Notes: generated by a model not told the origin, from the sequence alone. DNA of 41,098 nt from Candidatus Poribacteria bacterium (GCA_046582655.1 JAYGDX010000129.1:1-41098); one strand, 5' to 3'. Shown: positions 8,811 through 18,917, numbered from the stretch's first letter. Numbers and translations: made by a program.

Positions 8811-10763
8811 ATGAACACACAACTACCAACTCGGGTATTGTACTATGGAAAAGACAAATTGCTGCCAGAGCAAAAAGAGTTGCAAGCTGGACCACTATCG
8901 TTGATCTTCGAAGATGGGGACTTACGGTATGTTCGTCTTGGGAATCAGGAGATTATCCGCCGGATTTACGTGGCGATTCGTGATCGTAACTGGGATACAA
9001 TACTTCCGAAACTATCGAATCTTCAGATGGACACAGCGGATGACAAATTCCAAATCACTTATGATGTGGAAAACAAGCAAGACGATATCCATTTCTTCTG
9101 GCAAGGGACAATTACCGGTGAAGTGGATGGAACGGTCACCTTCAACATGGATGGTGAAGCGATTTCAACTTTTGAGCGCAACCGCATCGGTTTTTGCCTC
9201 CTTCACCCGATGGCTTGTAGCAGTATCCCATGCCGCGTCGAAAAGGCTGATGGGACAACAGAGAAAGGTGTTTTTCCCGAGTTTATCTCACCACATCAGC
9301 CTTTCATGGACATACAGGCAATTTCCCATCAAGTTGAACCTGATCTTTGGGCTGAGGTCAGGTTCAGCGGTGATATTTTCGAAATGGAGGATCAGCGAAA
9401 TTGGACTGATGCTTCGTACAAAACCTACTGCACACCGCTGGCTGTTCCCTATCCAGTGGAGGTCAAAGCTGGAACGAAAGTTTCACAATCGATTAAGCTC
9501 TCCCTCAAATCAGAATCAGATGAAATTAGACCGATTGGAAAAATCAAATACCTTTCAAACAACAAAGACGGCCAGACCATCTTCACCTTCAATAAGGAGA
9601 CCTCAACTCGTATACCACACATTGGTTTGGGAATCGCTTCACATGGTCAACCTCTTTCTGAAAAGGAACTGGAACACCTCAAAGCTATCAATCTATCCCA
9701 TCTCCGAGTGGACATCGATTTGAACTTAGATTACCAACCAACACTACAACGCGCAATAAACGAGGCGAACTCATTAGGTATATCTTTAGAAATTGCCCTG
9801 CATCTAGACGATTCAGCCGAAGAGCAACTCGAGAGTTGGAGAAGAGCGGTTCAACAGTTCGAACCACCTATTGCAACCTATCTTATCTTCCATCAGGATG
9901 AGCCATCTACCTCTTCTCAGTGGATTGAAGTTGCTCGCCGACATTTATCTGATGTCAGAATTGGAACTGGGACAAATGCATATTTCACTGAACTGAACCG
10001 CGATCTCCCCTCAGTTAAACTGCTAGATTTTATTTGCTATTCCATCAACCCACAAGTTCATGCTTTTGATAACTCTTCGTTAACTGAAACTCTGGAAGCG
10101 CAGGCTGTCACAGTTGAAAGTGCCCGAAAATTTTCGGAGGGGTTACCTCTCGCTGTGACTCCAGTGACTCTTCTTCCACGTTTTAATCCTAACGCCACTA
10201 TGCCTGAACCGGAACCAAAAGCAGACCAACTGCCTGCTCAAGTTGATGTGAGGCAGATGTCGTTGTACGGCGCCGGGTGGACGCTTGGCAGTCTCAAACA
10301 CCTTTCTCAAAGCGGCGTCTGCAGTACAACTTATTATGAGACCAGCGGTTGGCGCGGGGTGATGGAAACAGAAAAAGGATCTCAATTACCAGAGAAGTTT
10401 CAGTCAATTCCTGGCACTGTATTTCCGCTTTACCACGTGCTAGCCGATGTTGGTGAGTTTGCCAATGGGGAAATTATGCCTTCAACATCAAGTAATCCTC
10501 TGAAATTAGAGGGAATTGCTATCAAAAAGGGAAACCTGAGTCGAATCATTCTCGCTAACCTGAGCTTTGCCCCCCTAAAGGTCACAGTTAAAAATTTGGC
10601 AGAGAATGTTCTTATACGTCACTTAAACGAGGCAAATATACAAGTAGCAATAACAACTCCCAATGCTTTTCGTGCTGAATGGGGGCGGCGCTTTTCAACT
10701 TCCAAGGGAAATTTGACACTCGACCTCGATCCCTACGCCGTAGCTCGAATTGATGATGTATAA
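8811..10763 (+). CDS. D-apionate lactonase (ApnL)-like protein
   Basis: 650 aa with LQAGPL...GDLRYVR...EIIRRIYVAIRDRNWDT, NRIGFCLLHP, FEMEDQRNWTDASYKTY, YFTELNR and PQVHAFD. These match the ApnL family as I remember it; no alignment was run. Confidence 0.7.
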   Translation: MNTQLPTRVLYYGKDKLLPEQKELQAGPLSLIFEDGDLRYVRLGNQEIIRRIYVAIRDRNWDTILPKLSNLQMDTADDKFQITYDVENKQDDIHFFWQGTITGEVDGTVTFNMDGEAISTFERNRIGFCLLHPMACSSIPCRVEKADGTTEKGVFPEFISPHQPFMDIQAISHQVEPDLWAEVRFSGDIFEMEDQRNWTDASYKTYCTPLAVPYPVEVKAGTKVSQSIKLSLKSESDEIRPIGKIKYLSNNKDGQTIFTFNKETSTRIPHIGLGIASHGQPLSEKELEHLKAINLSHLRVDIDLNLDYQPTLQRAINEANSLGISLEIALHLDDSAEEQLESWRRAVQQFEPPIATYLIFHQDEPSTSSQWIEVARRHLSDVRIGTGTNAYFTELNRDLPSVKLLDFICYSINPQVHAFDNSSLTETLEAQAVTVESARKFSEGLPLAVTPVTLLPRFNPNATMPEPEPKADQLPAQVDVRQMSLYGAGWTLGSLKHLSQSGVCSTTYYETSGWRGVMETEKGSQLPEKFQSIPGTVFPLYHVLADVGEFANGEIMPSTSSNPLKLEGIAIKKGNLSRIILANLSFAPLKVTVKNLAENVLIRHLNEANIQVAITTPNAFRAEWGRRFSTSKGNLTLDLDPYAVARIDDV

Positions 10764-10959
10764 GTCTATTTTTACCCCAATTTATTTAGGTCAGCAGTGT
10801 TTCGTTGTTAGTGAACATATTAATCTTAGGTGGTAATATACTCATACTGCCTCCCGACAACCAGCCATAGCGAAGTTGCTAGCGACCTGAACCATAGCCA
10901 TGTTGAGAGACTCCAGCCCATGATGATGTTTAATTTACCACTTGTGAGTATCGAGTGTT

Positions 10960-11727
10960 TCAGAATGTAGTTTTTTGCCAATAAGCGCTATGGTAGTCTA
11001 TATCAATGATTTGGTCGGTAATACGATGATTTTGTCGGTATTCGATTACTGCCTGTTTTTCTCCGCAGATTTGATCTAAGCCCCAATCATCGATAATAAT
11101 GTAACCGCCGATTGAAAGTTTGGGATACAGGTGAATTAACGTATCCATGGTAGACTCATAGTAGTCACCATCGAGTCGCAAAACAGCCAGTTTGTCGATT
11201 TGTACCTTCGGCAATGTTTCATGAAACCAACCGGGTAGGAACTGAACTCCGTCATCCAAGAGATCATACCGTGCAAAGTTTGATTTAACCGTCTCCAGAG
11301 ATACAGCAAATCGATTTGCCTCAATAACTTTTTCGAAATTGTACATTTTCTGATCTATAGAGTCTTGAGGAGGTGATGGTAACCCCTGAAAAGAATCTGC
11401 AGCCCAAACCCTTCGATCCGTAACCCCATGAGCAGCCAATATACCTCTCATTAGAATTGCCACGCCACCACGCCAGACACCGCATTCGATAAAATCTCCG
11501 GGAATATTTTCTTGCAGGCAATTTTCAAGACAGAATTGGACATTATTTAACCGTTTCAGGCTGCACATGGTTAGCGCATTTCCAAACCAGAAATGATTAA
11601 ACCATTCCGGCTGGGATTGTTCTTCAGTAGAATCCGGGTTGATGAGCGAGTCAGCAACGTTCTGATTTAGCGTGTCCATGATACTTTTTTTTAGCTGCTC
11701 TATGTAAAGACTTTTCAATTTTTGCAT
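10960..11727 (-). CDS. TylF/MycF/NovP-family SAM-dependent O-methyltransferase
   Basis: GDFIECGVWRGG, VWAADSFQGLP, GWFHETLP, LRLDGDYYEST, GGYIIIDDW. Confidence 0.93.
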   Translation of the reverse strand: MQKLKSLYIEQLKKSIMDTLNQNVADSLINPDSTEEQSQPEWFNHFWFGNALTMCSLKRLNNVQFCLENCLQENIPGDFIECGVWRGGVAILMRGILAAHGVTDRRVWAADSFQGLPSPPQDSIDQKMYNFEKVIEANRFAVSLETVKSNFARYDLLDDGVQFLPGWFHETLPKVQIDKLAVLRLDGDYYESTMDTLIHLYPKLSIGGYIIIDDWGLDQICGEKQAVIEYRQNHRITDQIIDIDYHSAYWQKTTF

Positions 11728-11778
11728 TAATCTATTGAAATTCCTGAAAAGGGGGAATACTATTTGAATCTTGTAGAT

Positions 11779-12258
11779 TTAAGAAATCAGTTGGGTATAC
11801 TGTCCACTATAAAAAATGAGTGGATTGCCATCACGTGTTTCACCGGCAAGAGGCTTGCCAATAAACATATCGTGGTCACCTCCGGGAACAACTTGCACTA
11901 TTTGACAGTCTATGAAAGCTAGTGCATTGACGAGAACGGGCGACCCTGTCTTTGACTCTACCAATTCCAGATCCGAAAAGTCTTTCGGGCCTGGGGTAGC
12001 AAACCGGCGGGAAATTTCTTCCTGATCGTCTCGAAGCACATTTATGGCAAAGCAATTACTCTTTTTAAGAAACTTGCGCATCTGATTCTTTTTATTAACC
12101 GACACCAGAATCAGAGGTGGATCGAGTGATAGAGACAAAACAGCGTTTGCCGTCATGCCCAAGATTTTTTCATCGCTTCGTGCCGTCACCAAAGTGACAC
12201 CAGTCGCGAAACGACCCATAATTTGCCGTTGTAGAGCTGAGTCAAACACCAATGTCAA
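11779..12258 (-). CDS. Flavin reductase (HpaC/DIM6-NTAB family)
   Basis: RQIMGRFATGVTLVT, GMTANAVLSLSLDPPL, GGDHDMFIG, PLIFYSGQY; TTG start after AAGGAG. Confidence 0.93.
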   Translation of the reverse strand: MTLVFDSALQRQIMGRFATGVTLVTARSDEKILGMTANAVLSLSLDPPLILVSVNKKNQMRKFLKKSNCFAINVLRDDQEEISRRFATPGPKDFSDLELVESKTGSPVLVNALAFIDCQIVQVVPGGDHDMFIGKPLAGETRDGNPLIFYSGQYTQLIS

Positions 12259-12273
12259 TCTCCTTACTTAGAA

Positions 12274-13350
12274 TTAAATCACTGGAAGCATAGGTACAAC
12301 TTCATTAGCCAGTAATTCCATAGATCTAATCCACTTTGCCTTATCGTCCCAGTCATGTGCTATCATCAGCAGTGTACCAAAGCCACCGGTTACCTCCCAG
12401 GTATCTTGCAGTTGACGAATGCATTCATCCACGTCACCAATGATCAGATCATGTTTCATCATGTATTCCGGGGTTACTTCATTATCGGATACATCCAGAT
12501 TGTGCTTCACAATATGCAACATATTGGCCGCTTTAAGGACTTTGATCAAGTAATCATAGGATCGGGCGAACGCGCTGTTTAGGACAAATTCCCAAGCTTC
12601 CGTAGTTGATTCGCCAATATAAATGCTGCGTGATACCCGCCATATCGAACGGTCAGGAGATGATTGCCCCGCTTCTTCAGATCCAGCACAATAAGTCTGC
12701 CAATGATCCGCCAATGTGTTTGCTGGGACCAAGTTGGTGCTTATAGGAATGTAACCCCGCTGACCTGACATTCGAGCCGCTTTGGAATCACCTCGAATGA
12801 CACTCATGGCCAGCGGAGGATGAGGTTTTTGATAAGGTTTGAGTAACTCGCCCATTCCATCTTTTGCATCCCGATGTTCGATTTTGATGTGCCAGAAATC
12901 CCCTTCAAAATTGAATGGGGCGTTGGTTTGCCATAACTTGAGAATCATGTCAATCGCTTCAACTGTCATGAGCCCTTGTGTTTGTGGATCAGGCAAATCA
13001 AACAACCCCCAATCGGTTGCGACACCGCCTTGACCAAAACCGCAATTCAGGCGTCCTCGGGATAGATGGTCAAGGAATGCTAGTCGTACAGCAACATTGA
13101 CTGGATGATGCTGTGGCAGAATCGAGACACCAGTACCGAGACGAACATTCTTGGTTCTTGGTAGGACGTTAGCAATGAACAGATCATTAGAAGGAATAGG
13201 TTCCCAAGCCACAGTATGATGTTGCCCTACCCAGATTTCAGTGAATCCAAGCTCATCGGCACGAGTAACTAGCTCAATATCTTCTTCGAAACATTGTGTC
13301 CGGTCTTTCTCCGGTGGATGCAGCGGCATCATGAACATGCCTAATTGCAT
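12274..13350 (-). CDS. Luciferase-like (LLM class) flavin-dependent monooxygenase
   Basis: MQLGMFMMPLHPP, ADELGFTEIWVGQHH, RLGTGV, LDHLSRGRL, KPYQKPHPP, SMELLANEVVP. Confidence 0.92.
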   Translation of the reverse strand: MQLGMFMMPLHPPEKDRTQCFEEDIELVTRADELGFTEIWVGQHHTVAWEPIPSNDLFIANVLPRTKNVRLGTGVSILPQHHPVNVAVRLAFLDHLSRGRLNCGFGQGGVATDWGLFDLPDPQTQGLMTVEAIDMILKLWQTNAPFNFEGDFWHIKIEHRDAKDGMGELLKPYQKPHPPLAMSVIRGDSKAARMSGQRGYIPISTNLVPANTLADHWQTYCAGSEEAGQSSPDRSIWRVSRSIYIGESTTEAWEFVLNSAFARSYDYLIKVLKAANMLHIVKHNLDVSDNEVTPEYMMKHDLIIGDVDECIRQLQDTWEVTGGFGTLLMIAHDWDDKAKWIRSMELLANEVVPMLPVI

Positions 13351-13374
13351 TACGTTCTCTCCTTTATATACCTA

Positions 13375-13402
13375 ATTATATATCATTCTAAGAGTATTCC
13401 AA
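13375..13402 (-). promoter_or_regulatory. Putative sigma70-type promoter for the LLM/reductase/methyltransferase operon
   Basis: Minus strand reads TTGGAA-16 nt-TATAAT, followed by AAGGAG and the ATG at 13350. Confidence 0.45.
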
Positions 13403-13419
13403 CAGGCAAATTGAGATGT

Positions 13420-15267
13420 CTAACGGACATCGTTACTACTTTGGACTAACTCTAGATGATAAACGTGAACGTCATATCCCGCGAATTTATCTGTAAACAA
13501 ATTCGAATCAAAGATCACACTTCTATCTTCAAACATCACGTCTAATTTTTTGATTGGTTGGTCGAATTCAAAAGTTGTCTGGGATGGCTCGTTTTGCTCG
13601 TTAACTGCAATCAACCAAGTTTGATTATCTGTATGTTTCAATAGGCACGAGATATGATCAGAACCAATTTTCAGTCTGTGGGAGGTTTCCGCAATCAAGG
13701 CTAGATAGAGAGTTTTCAGTTCTCGACCAACTGATTTCATTGTATTCCAGAATTCAGGTGTGAATGGTGTATTAACGTGAGTATGAGCTGTCGATAGAGT
13801 TGGCTGCCGCAGATAGAGGAAATACATAATTCCCTTGGTTCCGTGAGTGATGGACTGATACGTCATAAAACGGATTTCAGGATATGTTGGAAATCGTCTT
13901 AGATCTTTCTGGGGTAGATGACTAAATTCATCATCATTGAAGCGGTAAGCCTGCAGTACCATCCAAACGGATTGACAGTTCGTTAACGACCTGTGCAACA
14001 GATCCGTGTATTGACCAACATTATTGATTTCCTTATTTGGCAGATTACCGTAACCAAATGCTTTGGGTACAGGGTATATGTCTAGACTGACGATGTCAAC
14101 CGCATGACCATAGTGGTGCAGCCAACGTGGATCAATAACTGATGGCGGATGATTCAGCCAAATGTCATGTTTCGGATCCAGACGTTTCAGTAGTGAAATC
14201 CCTTCAAGCAATCCTTCCACTGGAATTTTGTACTGAGAAATTTCATCTAAACTTTCCCAGCAGAAGAGAGCCGGATGGTCCTTTAAGGCATCTACAATCG
14301 TGTGCAGATAAGCAATATTCCTATCTCTATCAGCACAGTAGCGTGCATCTTCTTGGCTTCGACCAATTCGCCGCAGGTTTTGGTAAACGACTTCGTCTGG
14401 ATTTAGATCTAAAGCCCACCATACATGGGCAGTAGGTATCCATTGACCTGTGCTCAATTGTACGGCCACCTTTAATCCGTGTCTATGAGCCTGATCCAGA
14501 AATTCAATCCATTTCGATGTGTCGCCATTTTCACATACAAGCTGATTGAAGTAGTGTGATTCTGCACAAGTAATGAGATTAAACCCACTTTGACTTAATT
14601 CTACCCATTCATCTTCTTTGATATCGCTTGAAACGCTATAAAATCCAATTGGAAAAAACGGTTGATCGTTCCAGATGGCGAACGAGGAAGTTTTCAATTG
14701 GAATATAGTATCTTTCTGGTTTATAAGCCGCAGATCACGAATCAGGATTCCTTCGAATGTCTGTGTAGGCAAGTACGTGGTAATCTCAAACGAAATGAAT
14801 TTGATCTTCTCCCATGTTTTTAACCTTGCGCCTACTGGGGTGAACATAAACATATTATGAGTAATATGGTTCCATCCATTTTTGATTTGGGTTTGGTAAT
14901 GGATGAACCCAGCATCCCAACGCTCTTTCTCGCCGAACCATATGGAAATCTGTTTTATCACTTCGGAATCCGGTATATAGACCGAATAGCTAACTTTCTC
15001 ATAGTTCGAATAATTCTGCCCAGTTTTCAGTTTCTTGGTATATCTTGCCCAGTCGGATTTGATATCCAATTTCTTTAAGTAAAAGGAATGAGTTTTCTGA
15101 TTATCGGTTGAACTCAGTTTCGGCGGGCTAGCACCACCGGAACTAGTCCAATCTGTGATTTCATTCATATCATCAATTACCAGTTCAACCGATGAAACTG
15201 GGATTACAGCAGGGCTAAAAAGTCCAATACTAATCATAATTATAAATACTACTAACAAGAAATTCAT
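13420..15267 (-). CDS. Secreted protein: N-terminal CBM-like beta-sandwich plus glycoside-hydrolase-like TIM barrel (family unassigned)
   Basis: Hydrophobic signal peptide; PFFPIGFY, GFN, FLDQAHRHGLKV, KDHPALFCWESLDE, DIVSLDIYP, WMVLQA, HGTKGIMYF. Confidence 0.65.
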   Translation of the reverse strand: MNFLLVVFIIMISIGLFSPAVIPVSSVELVIDDMNEITDWTSSGGASPPKLSSTDNQKTHSFYLKKLDIKSDWARYTKKLKTGQNYSNYEKVSYSVYIPDSEVIKQISIWFGEKERWDAGFIHYQTQIKNGWNHITHNMFMFTPVGARLKTWEKIKFISFEITTYLPTQTFEGILIRDLRLINQKDTIFQLKTSSFAIWNDQPFFPIGFYSVSSDIKEDEWVELSQSGFNLITCAESHYFNQLVCENGDTSKWIEFLDQAHRHGLKVAVQLSTGQWIPTAHVWWALDLNPDEVVYQNLRRIGRSQEDARYCADRDRNIAYLHTIVDALKDHPALFCWESLDEISQYKIPVEGLLEGISLLKRLDPKHDIWLNHPPSVIDPRWLHHYGHAVDIVSLDIYPVPKAFGYGNLPNKEINNVGQYTDLLHRSLTNCQSVWMVLQAYRFNDDEFSHLPQKDLRRFPTYPEIRFMTYQSITHGTKGIMYFLYLRQPTLSTAHTHVNTPFTPEFWNTMKSVGRELKTLYLALIAETSHRLKIGSDHISCLLKHTDNQTWLIAVNEQNEPSQTTFEFDQPIKKLDVMFEDRSVIFDSNLFTDKFAGYDVHVYHLELVQSSNDVR

Positions 15268-15375
15268 GGCGGGTGTTTTAACTGATTTTTATTACACACA
15301 TGGGACGGATGGTGGTCTTACGAGGCCTAATGGTAGGGTTATTTTTATCATATGGATTTGATGTGTTGAATCCAG

Positions 15376-16275
15376 TTAGCTAATAGCCTTTTCAAGATCC
15401 AAATAGTAGTTAATCAATTCATCAGCTACGCGCAGTTGATAGGAATCTAGAGCGCAATCTGGATTTCGAACAGTTGCATTTTGAAAAATTCCTTTTTTCA
15501 CCAAAAGACGCTTAAAAAAGGCAATCGAAGTTCCCAAATCCTGATTGGAAAATGTTAGGATTGGTAATAATCTCCGAAACAGCTGGAGAGATTGGACTCG
15601 CTGATCATCGACAAAATATCGAAAAATTTTGCTATAGACTTTGACCATTGAACTTTCTGGTATCATTGCGTCTACACCCCGATCTAAGGCTTCTATCATT
15701 TGCATAATCGCCCACCCTCCGGCGACGAAGAAATCTTTTCCAAACGCTTGTCGTATGGCCGTATACTTTGGGCCAGCTGGTATAGTTTCAATCTTCATTC
15801 CTAATAAGGTTGGCAATACTCCACGCAATGCTTCGATTGCCCTCATGTTTAGCCCTGGACCATTGAATTCAAGATCCTGAATGATCAGCGGCAGTTCTAT
15901 GCCATCAGACACGTTTTGAAAGAACGGAACGATCTCGTCTAATGCTCCATACAGCGCATTGGGAACAGCAACAAGGTACGCCTCAGCATCCACTCTCTTT
16001 GCCAGTTGACCAAAGTAACGGCAAGCTTTAACCTTTTCCGATGACGCTCCGATGATAAGTGGTACGCGTCCTCCTACTTGCTGAGCTATCCAGATAACAA
16101 GCTCTTCTCGCTCAGTTTGTTTTAAATAGGCAACTTCACTAGCTACGGCCGGAACCAGAAACCCATTGACATCCGCATCAATTGTTTCTTCAATTAGTTT
16201 AGCCAGACTATCATAATCTATTTGATCATGATGAATAAAGGGGAGTTGAAGAACTGATACAATTCCTTTTAGCAT
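15376..16275 (-). CDS. DHDPS/N-acetylneuraminate lyase superfamily enzyme, resembling 2-keto-3-deoxy sugar-acid dehydratases
   Basis: LKGIVSVLQLPF, GRVPLIIG, Schiff-base Lys in MKIE. GTTGE is replaced by AVASE and the catalytic Tyr by Gln (IIQD). Confidence 0.85.
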   Translation of the reverse strand: MLKGIVSVLQLPFIHHDQIDYDSLAKLIEETIDADVNGFLVPAVASEVAYLKQTEREELVIWIAQQVGGRVPLIIGASSEKVKACRYFGQLAKRVDAEAYLVAVPNALYGALDEIVPFFQNVSDGIELPLIIQDLEFNGPGLNMRAIEALRGVLPTLLGMKIETIPAGPKYTAIRQAFGKDFFVAGGWAIMQMIEALDRGVDAMIPESSMVKVYSKIFRYFVDDQRVQSLQLFRRLLPILTFSNQDLGTSIAFFKRLLVKKGIFQNATVRNPDCALDSYQLRVADELINYYLDLEKAIS

Positions 16276-16397
16276 GATAGTTTTATCGATTTTGGTCTCA
16301 GTGATTTATACAAGGATCCTACCTATATCTCAAAACATATGGAATACCCGTTCATACTATATGGCTTCGACAAGTGTAATCCAGATCGAATATTTCT

Positions 16398-17582
16398 TCA
16401 ATCACTAGCAGGTATCCACCTAATCAGGACAAATGCAAATACAGTTGAGACCATAACAGCTACAGCAGCAACTAAAAACGGTAGAGCGATATTTACACTT
16501 TCCAGTGCCCCACCCACCAACTGACCTAACATAAAGCCTGCACTCCAAGCTAGGTGTGTAATCCCAACCCCCCGTCCTTTCTCGTCACTACTTGAAAATT
16601 CATTGATAAAACGTGGCATAGTGATTGAAAGCGCCCAGGCGGTTCCCGTTGCCAGTGAGCCTGAGATAAACAGGAGCCCAGTTGAGTTAACCGAACTCGC
16701 AATACCAACAATACTAAGTAAAATCAGGAAATGGATGTATATTGCGGGTATACGACTGCCAATTTTGTCACATACCCAACCGGTCAAGACCGAGCTGATG
16801 CCTGAAAAAATCAGACTTACTGTTCCATAATAACCAGTTAATCTAACACTAGTGTTTCGATTAATCAGTACCGGCATCATCAGGCTCACGTTACCCCACG
16901 AGAATGTTGAAAAAAACCGAATGCAGCACAAAATAAGGATATTAGGTCTCCGAATCATTTTTTGATAATGCGCCAGCATTACCGTCATACTTTCCTTTGC
17001 TTCCGATTTAATATCAGACGATTCTTTGTTTTGCGTATCTGTTGGAAGCATCCAGATGGCCATAAACATTAATATACTCATGGTAATTATAGTAGTGTAC
17101 CCAACGAAACCGTAATCGAAACGTGTAATTAATTCTCCGCCAATTGCGTTTCCAATTGCCTCTCCAATATTTCTACTCTGGAAATAAATTGCCGTGGCCA
17201 AACCTAATGCTTTCGGGTCAACAGACTGGATCAGATACGATTGCCCTCCTGCAGTCCGAAGCCCCACAGCAATTCCCTGATAACACAAAATACATAGGAT
17301 AATTATATCGAGTTTAACAACAAAAACCCCGCCAACAACTATTGACCCCGTCATCCCTATGAGAAAGGTCATTTTCTTGCCAAAACGGTCGCATAATCCT
17401 CCACCAATCAGAGCGAAAAACCCTCCAATAGCAATTGGGATAGCACGCAATATCGCCGCGTGCCAGACCATTTTCCCAAGTCCCTCTTCGACATAAATAG
17501 GGAAAAAAAACTGAATTGGAGCAACGGTGACACCAGTCAAAAATAATAGTAGACAGAGAGAAACAAATTTTGGATTCCACAT
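16398..17582 (-). CDS. MFS transporter
   Basis: About 12 hydrophobic segments; motif A appears twice (GGLCDRFGKK, GWVCDKIGSR). Confidence 0.92.
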   Translation of the reverse strand: MWNPKFVSLCLLLFLTGVTVAPIQFFFPIYVEEGLGKMVWHAAILRAIPIAIGGFFALIGGGLCDRFGKKMTFLIGMTGSIVVGGVFVVKLDIIILCILCYQGIAVGLRTAGGQSYLIQSVDPKALGLATAIYFQSRNIGEAIGNAIGGELITRFDYGFVGYTTIITMSILMFMAIWMLPTDTQNKESSDIKSEAKESMTVMLAHYQKMIRRPNILILCCIRFFSTFSWGNVSLMMPVLINRNTSVRLTGYYGTVSLIFSGISSVLTGWVCDKIGSRIPAIYIHFLILLSIVGIASSVNSTGLLFISGSLATGTAWALSITMPRFINEFSSSDEKGRGVGITHLAWSAGFMLGQLVGGALESVNIALPFLVAAVAVMVSTVFAFVLIRWIPASD

Positions 17583-17589
17583 ACGATTT

Positions 17590-18240
17590 TCAGCGATTCA
17601 TAATTCGATCTCTGATACCTGCCGCAATCATTTGCAAAGTCGTTGGGTTATGATTCTGGTAGGGAACGATCAAATCTGCGTACTGCTTGCATGTCTCAGT
17701 GTAAACGGGGAAGTTGGGGATGACATCACGCCGATACCATTCGGCTTGCCATTGGAGGTTTTTGGCCGAGTATTCATCTTCTTTTCCTGCGACATCCCGA
17801 AGTAAACGTCTTAACACACGTTCATGCGGATCAACATCGATAAACAGCTTTAGCTCCATTAAATCCCGGATCTGCTGATTCCAGAAAATCAGGTGACCTT
17901 CCAAAATAATCAAGTCTCCTGTTTCAAGTTTATCTTGCGGGCGGTTACCAAGAGCCGCTCGCGTGCCGGGAGCGGGAACTGTGACCGGTTCTCCGGAGAC
18001 AAGTTTGCTTATGTGGTTGATCAACACATCCCAACAGATACCGTCAGGATGATTAGCGGTAATTACTTTTTCACGTTCTTCAGGTGAATACTCGGCATAA
18101 TCCCTAAAGTACAGATCTTGGTTGACAATAACGGATTTATGCCCATTGAGTTCATTAGCAATGTGTTTGGCCAGTGTCGACTTGCCGGATGCCGAACCGC
18201 CGGTGATGCCAACGGTTACAGGGTTAAGATTTTGAGTCAT
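17590..18240 (-). CDS. udk: Uridine kinase family protein
   Basis: VGITGGSASGKST P-loop, QDLYFRD, NHPD, IILEG, RVLRRLLRD, KQYADLIVP. Confidence 0.8.
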   Translation of the reverse strand: MTQNLNPVTVGITGGSASGKSTLAKHIANELNGHKSVIVNQDLYFRDYAEYSPEEREKVITANHPDGICWDVLINHISKLVSGEPVTVPAPGTRAALGNRPQDKLETGDLIILEGHLIFWNQQIRDLMELKLFIDVDPHERVLRRLLRDVAGKEDEYSAKNLQWQAEWYRRDVIPNFPVYTETCKQYADLIVPYQNHNPTTLQMIAAGIRDRIMNR

Positions 18241-18341
18241 CGGGTCTCCCTACTTTATTTCTTTCAGAATTTAAGATGATTTTGCATTTTACTGCAAATA
18301 TTCCCAATGAGAGCCCTTCTATTTCTGGAATTAGAAAATTC

Positions 18342-18878
18342 CTACTCTACCTGATTGGTGATTGTACCTGTTTTATCAATGCGTACCCATTGACCATTGA
18401 GTTTTACTTTGGCAGATCCTTCTAAGAAGGAATTTGCTTCCTCAAACTGTGGTTGGATTATCATCTTACCGTCAGCATCAATGAATCCCCACTTTTTGCC
18501 TACCTTTACTGCTGCCAGTCCATCAGAAAAGGGGGTTTTCCCGTTCGATGGAGAGGAAATAACAATTCTTTTATCCTGATCAATAGTTTTTGGCCTATCT
18601 TTTTTATCGGCAATCATAGGTTCTTCTGAATCAGTTGGGGCCGTATCTCCTCGGCTCAACTGGGGAACGATCTGTAACTGACTTACATTTTTGCCACTAT
18701 CGTTCTGTTTTTGATTGTATTTTGACGGATTGGATGTGACCGTCATAGTTTTTTCCGGTTTTTGTTTTGCAAGGGAGGTATTCTGATTTGAGCGAGGAGT
18801 ATTATTTCCCGACCCACATCCAAACAAATAGATCAATAAAAAAACCATACTGGTTTTATGGTTTATAATTCTTCTCAT
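18342..18878 (-). CDS. Putative lipoprotein with C-terminal WG (KWG) repeats
   Basis: Lipobox-like LFGC at residues 18-21, a polar low-complexity linker, then FSDGLAAVKVGKKWGFIDADGKMIIQPQF and FLEGSAKVKLNGQWVRIDKTG. Confidence 0.82.
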   Translation of the reverse strand: MRRIINHKTSMVFLLIYLFGCGSGNNTPRSNQNTSLAKQKPEKTMTVTSNPSKYNQKQNDSGKNVSQLQIVPQLSRGDTAPTDSEEPMIADKKDRPKTIDQDKRIVISSPSNGKTPFSDGLAAVKVGKKWGFIDADGKMIIQPQFEEANSFLEGSAKVKLNGQWVRIDKTGTITNQVE

Positions 18879-18917
18879 TCCTTAATCTTACCAACATTAA
18901 GTTTTTTAACATAAGTT

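Noticed and set aside
8914..9723. 269-aa alternative-frame ORF inside the ApnL-like gene
   Set aside because: Entirely nested on the same strand, Ser/Arg/Trp-rich composition typical of an off-frame reading, no RBS or motif.
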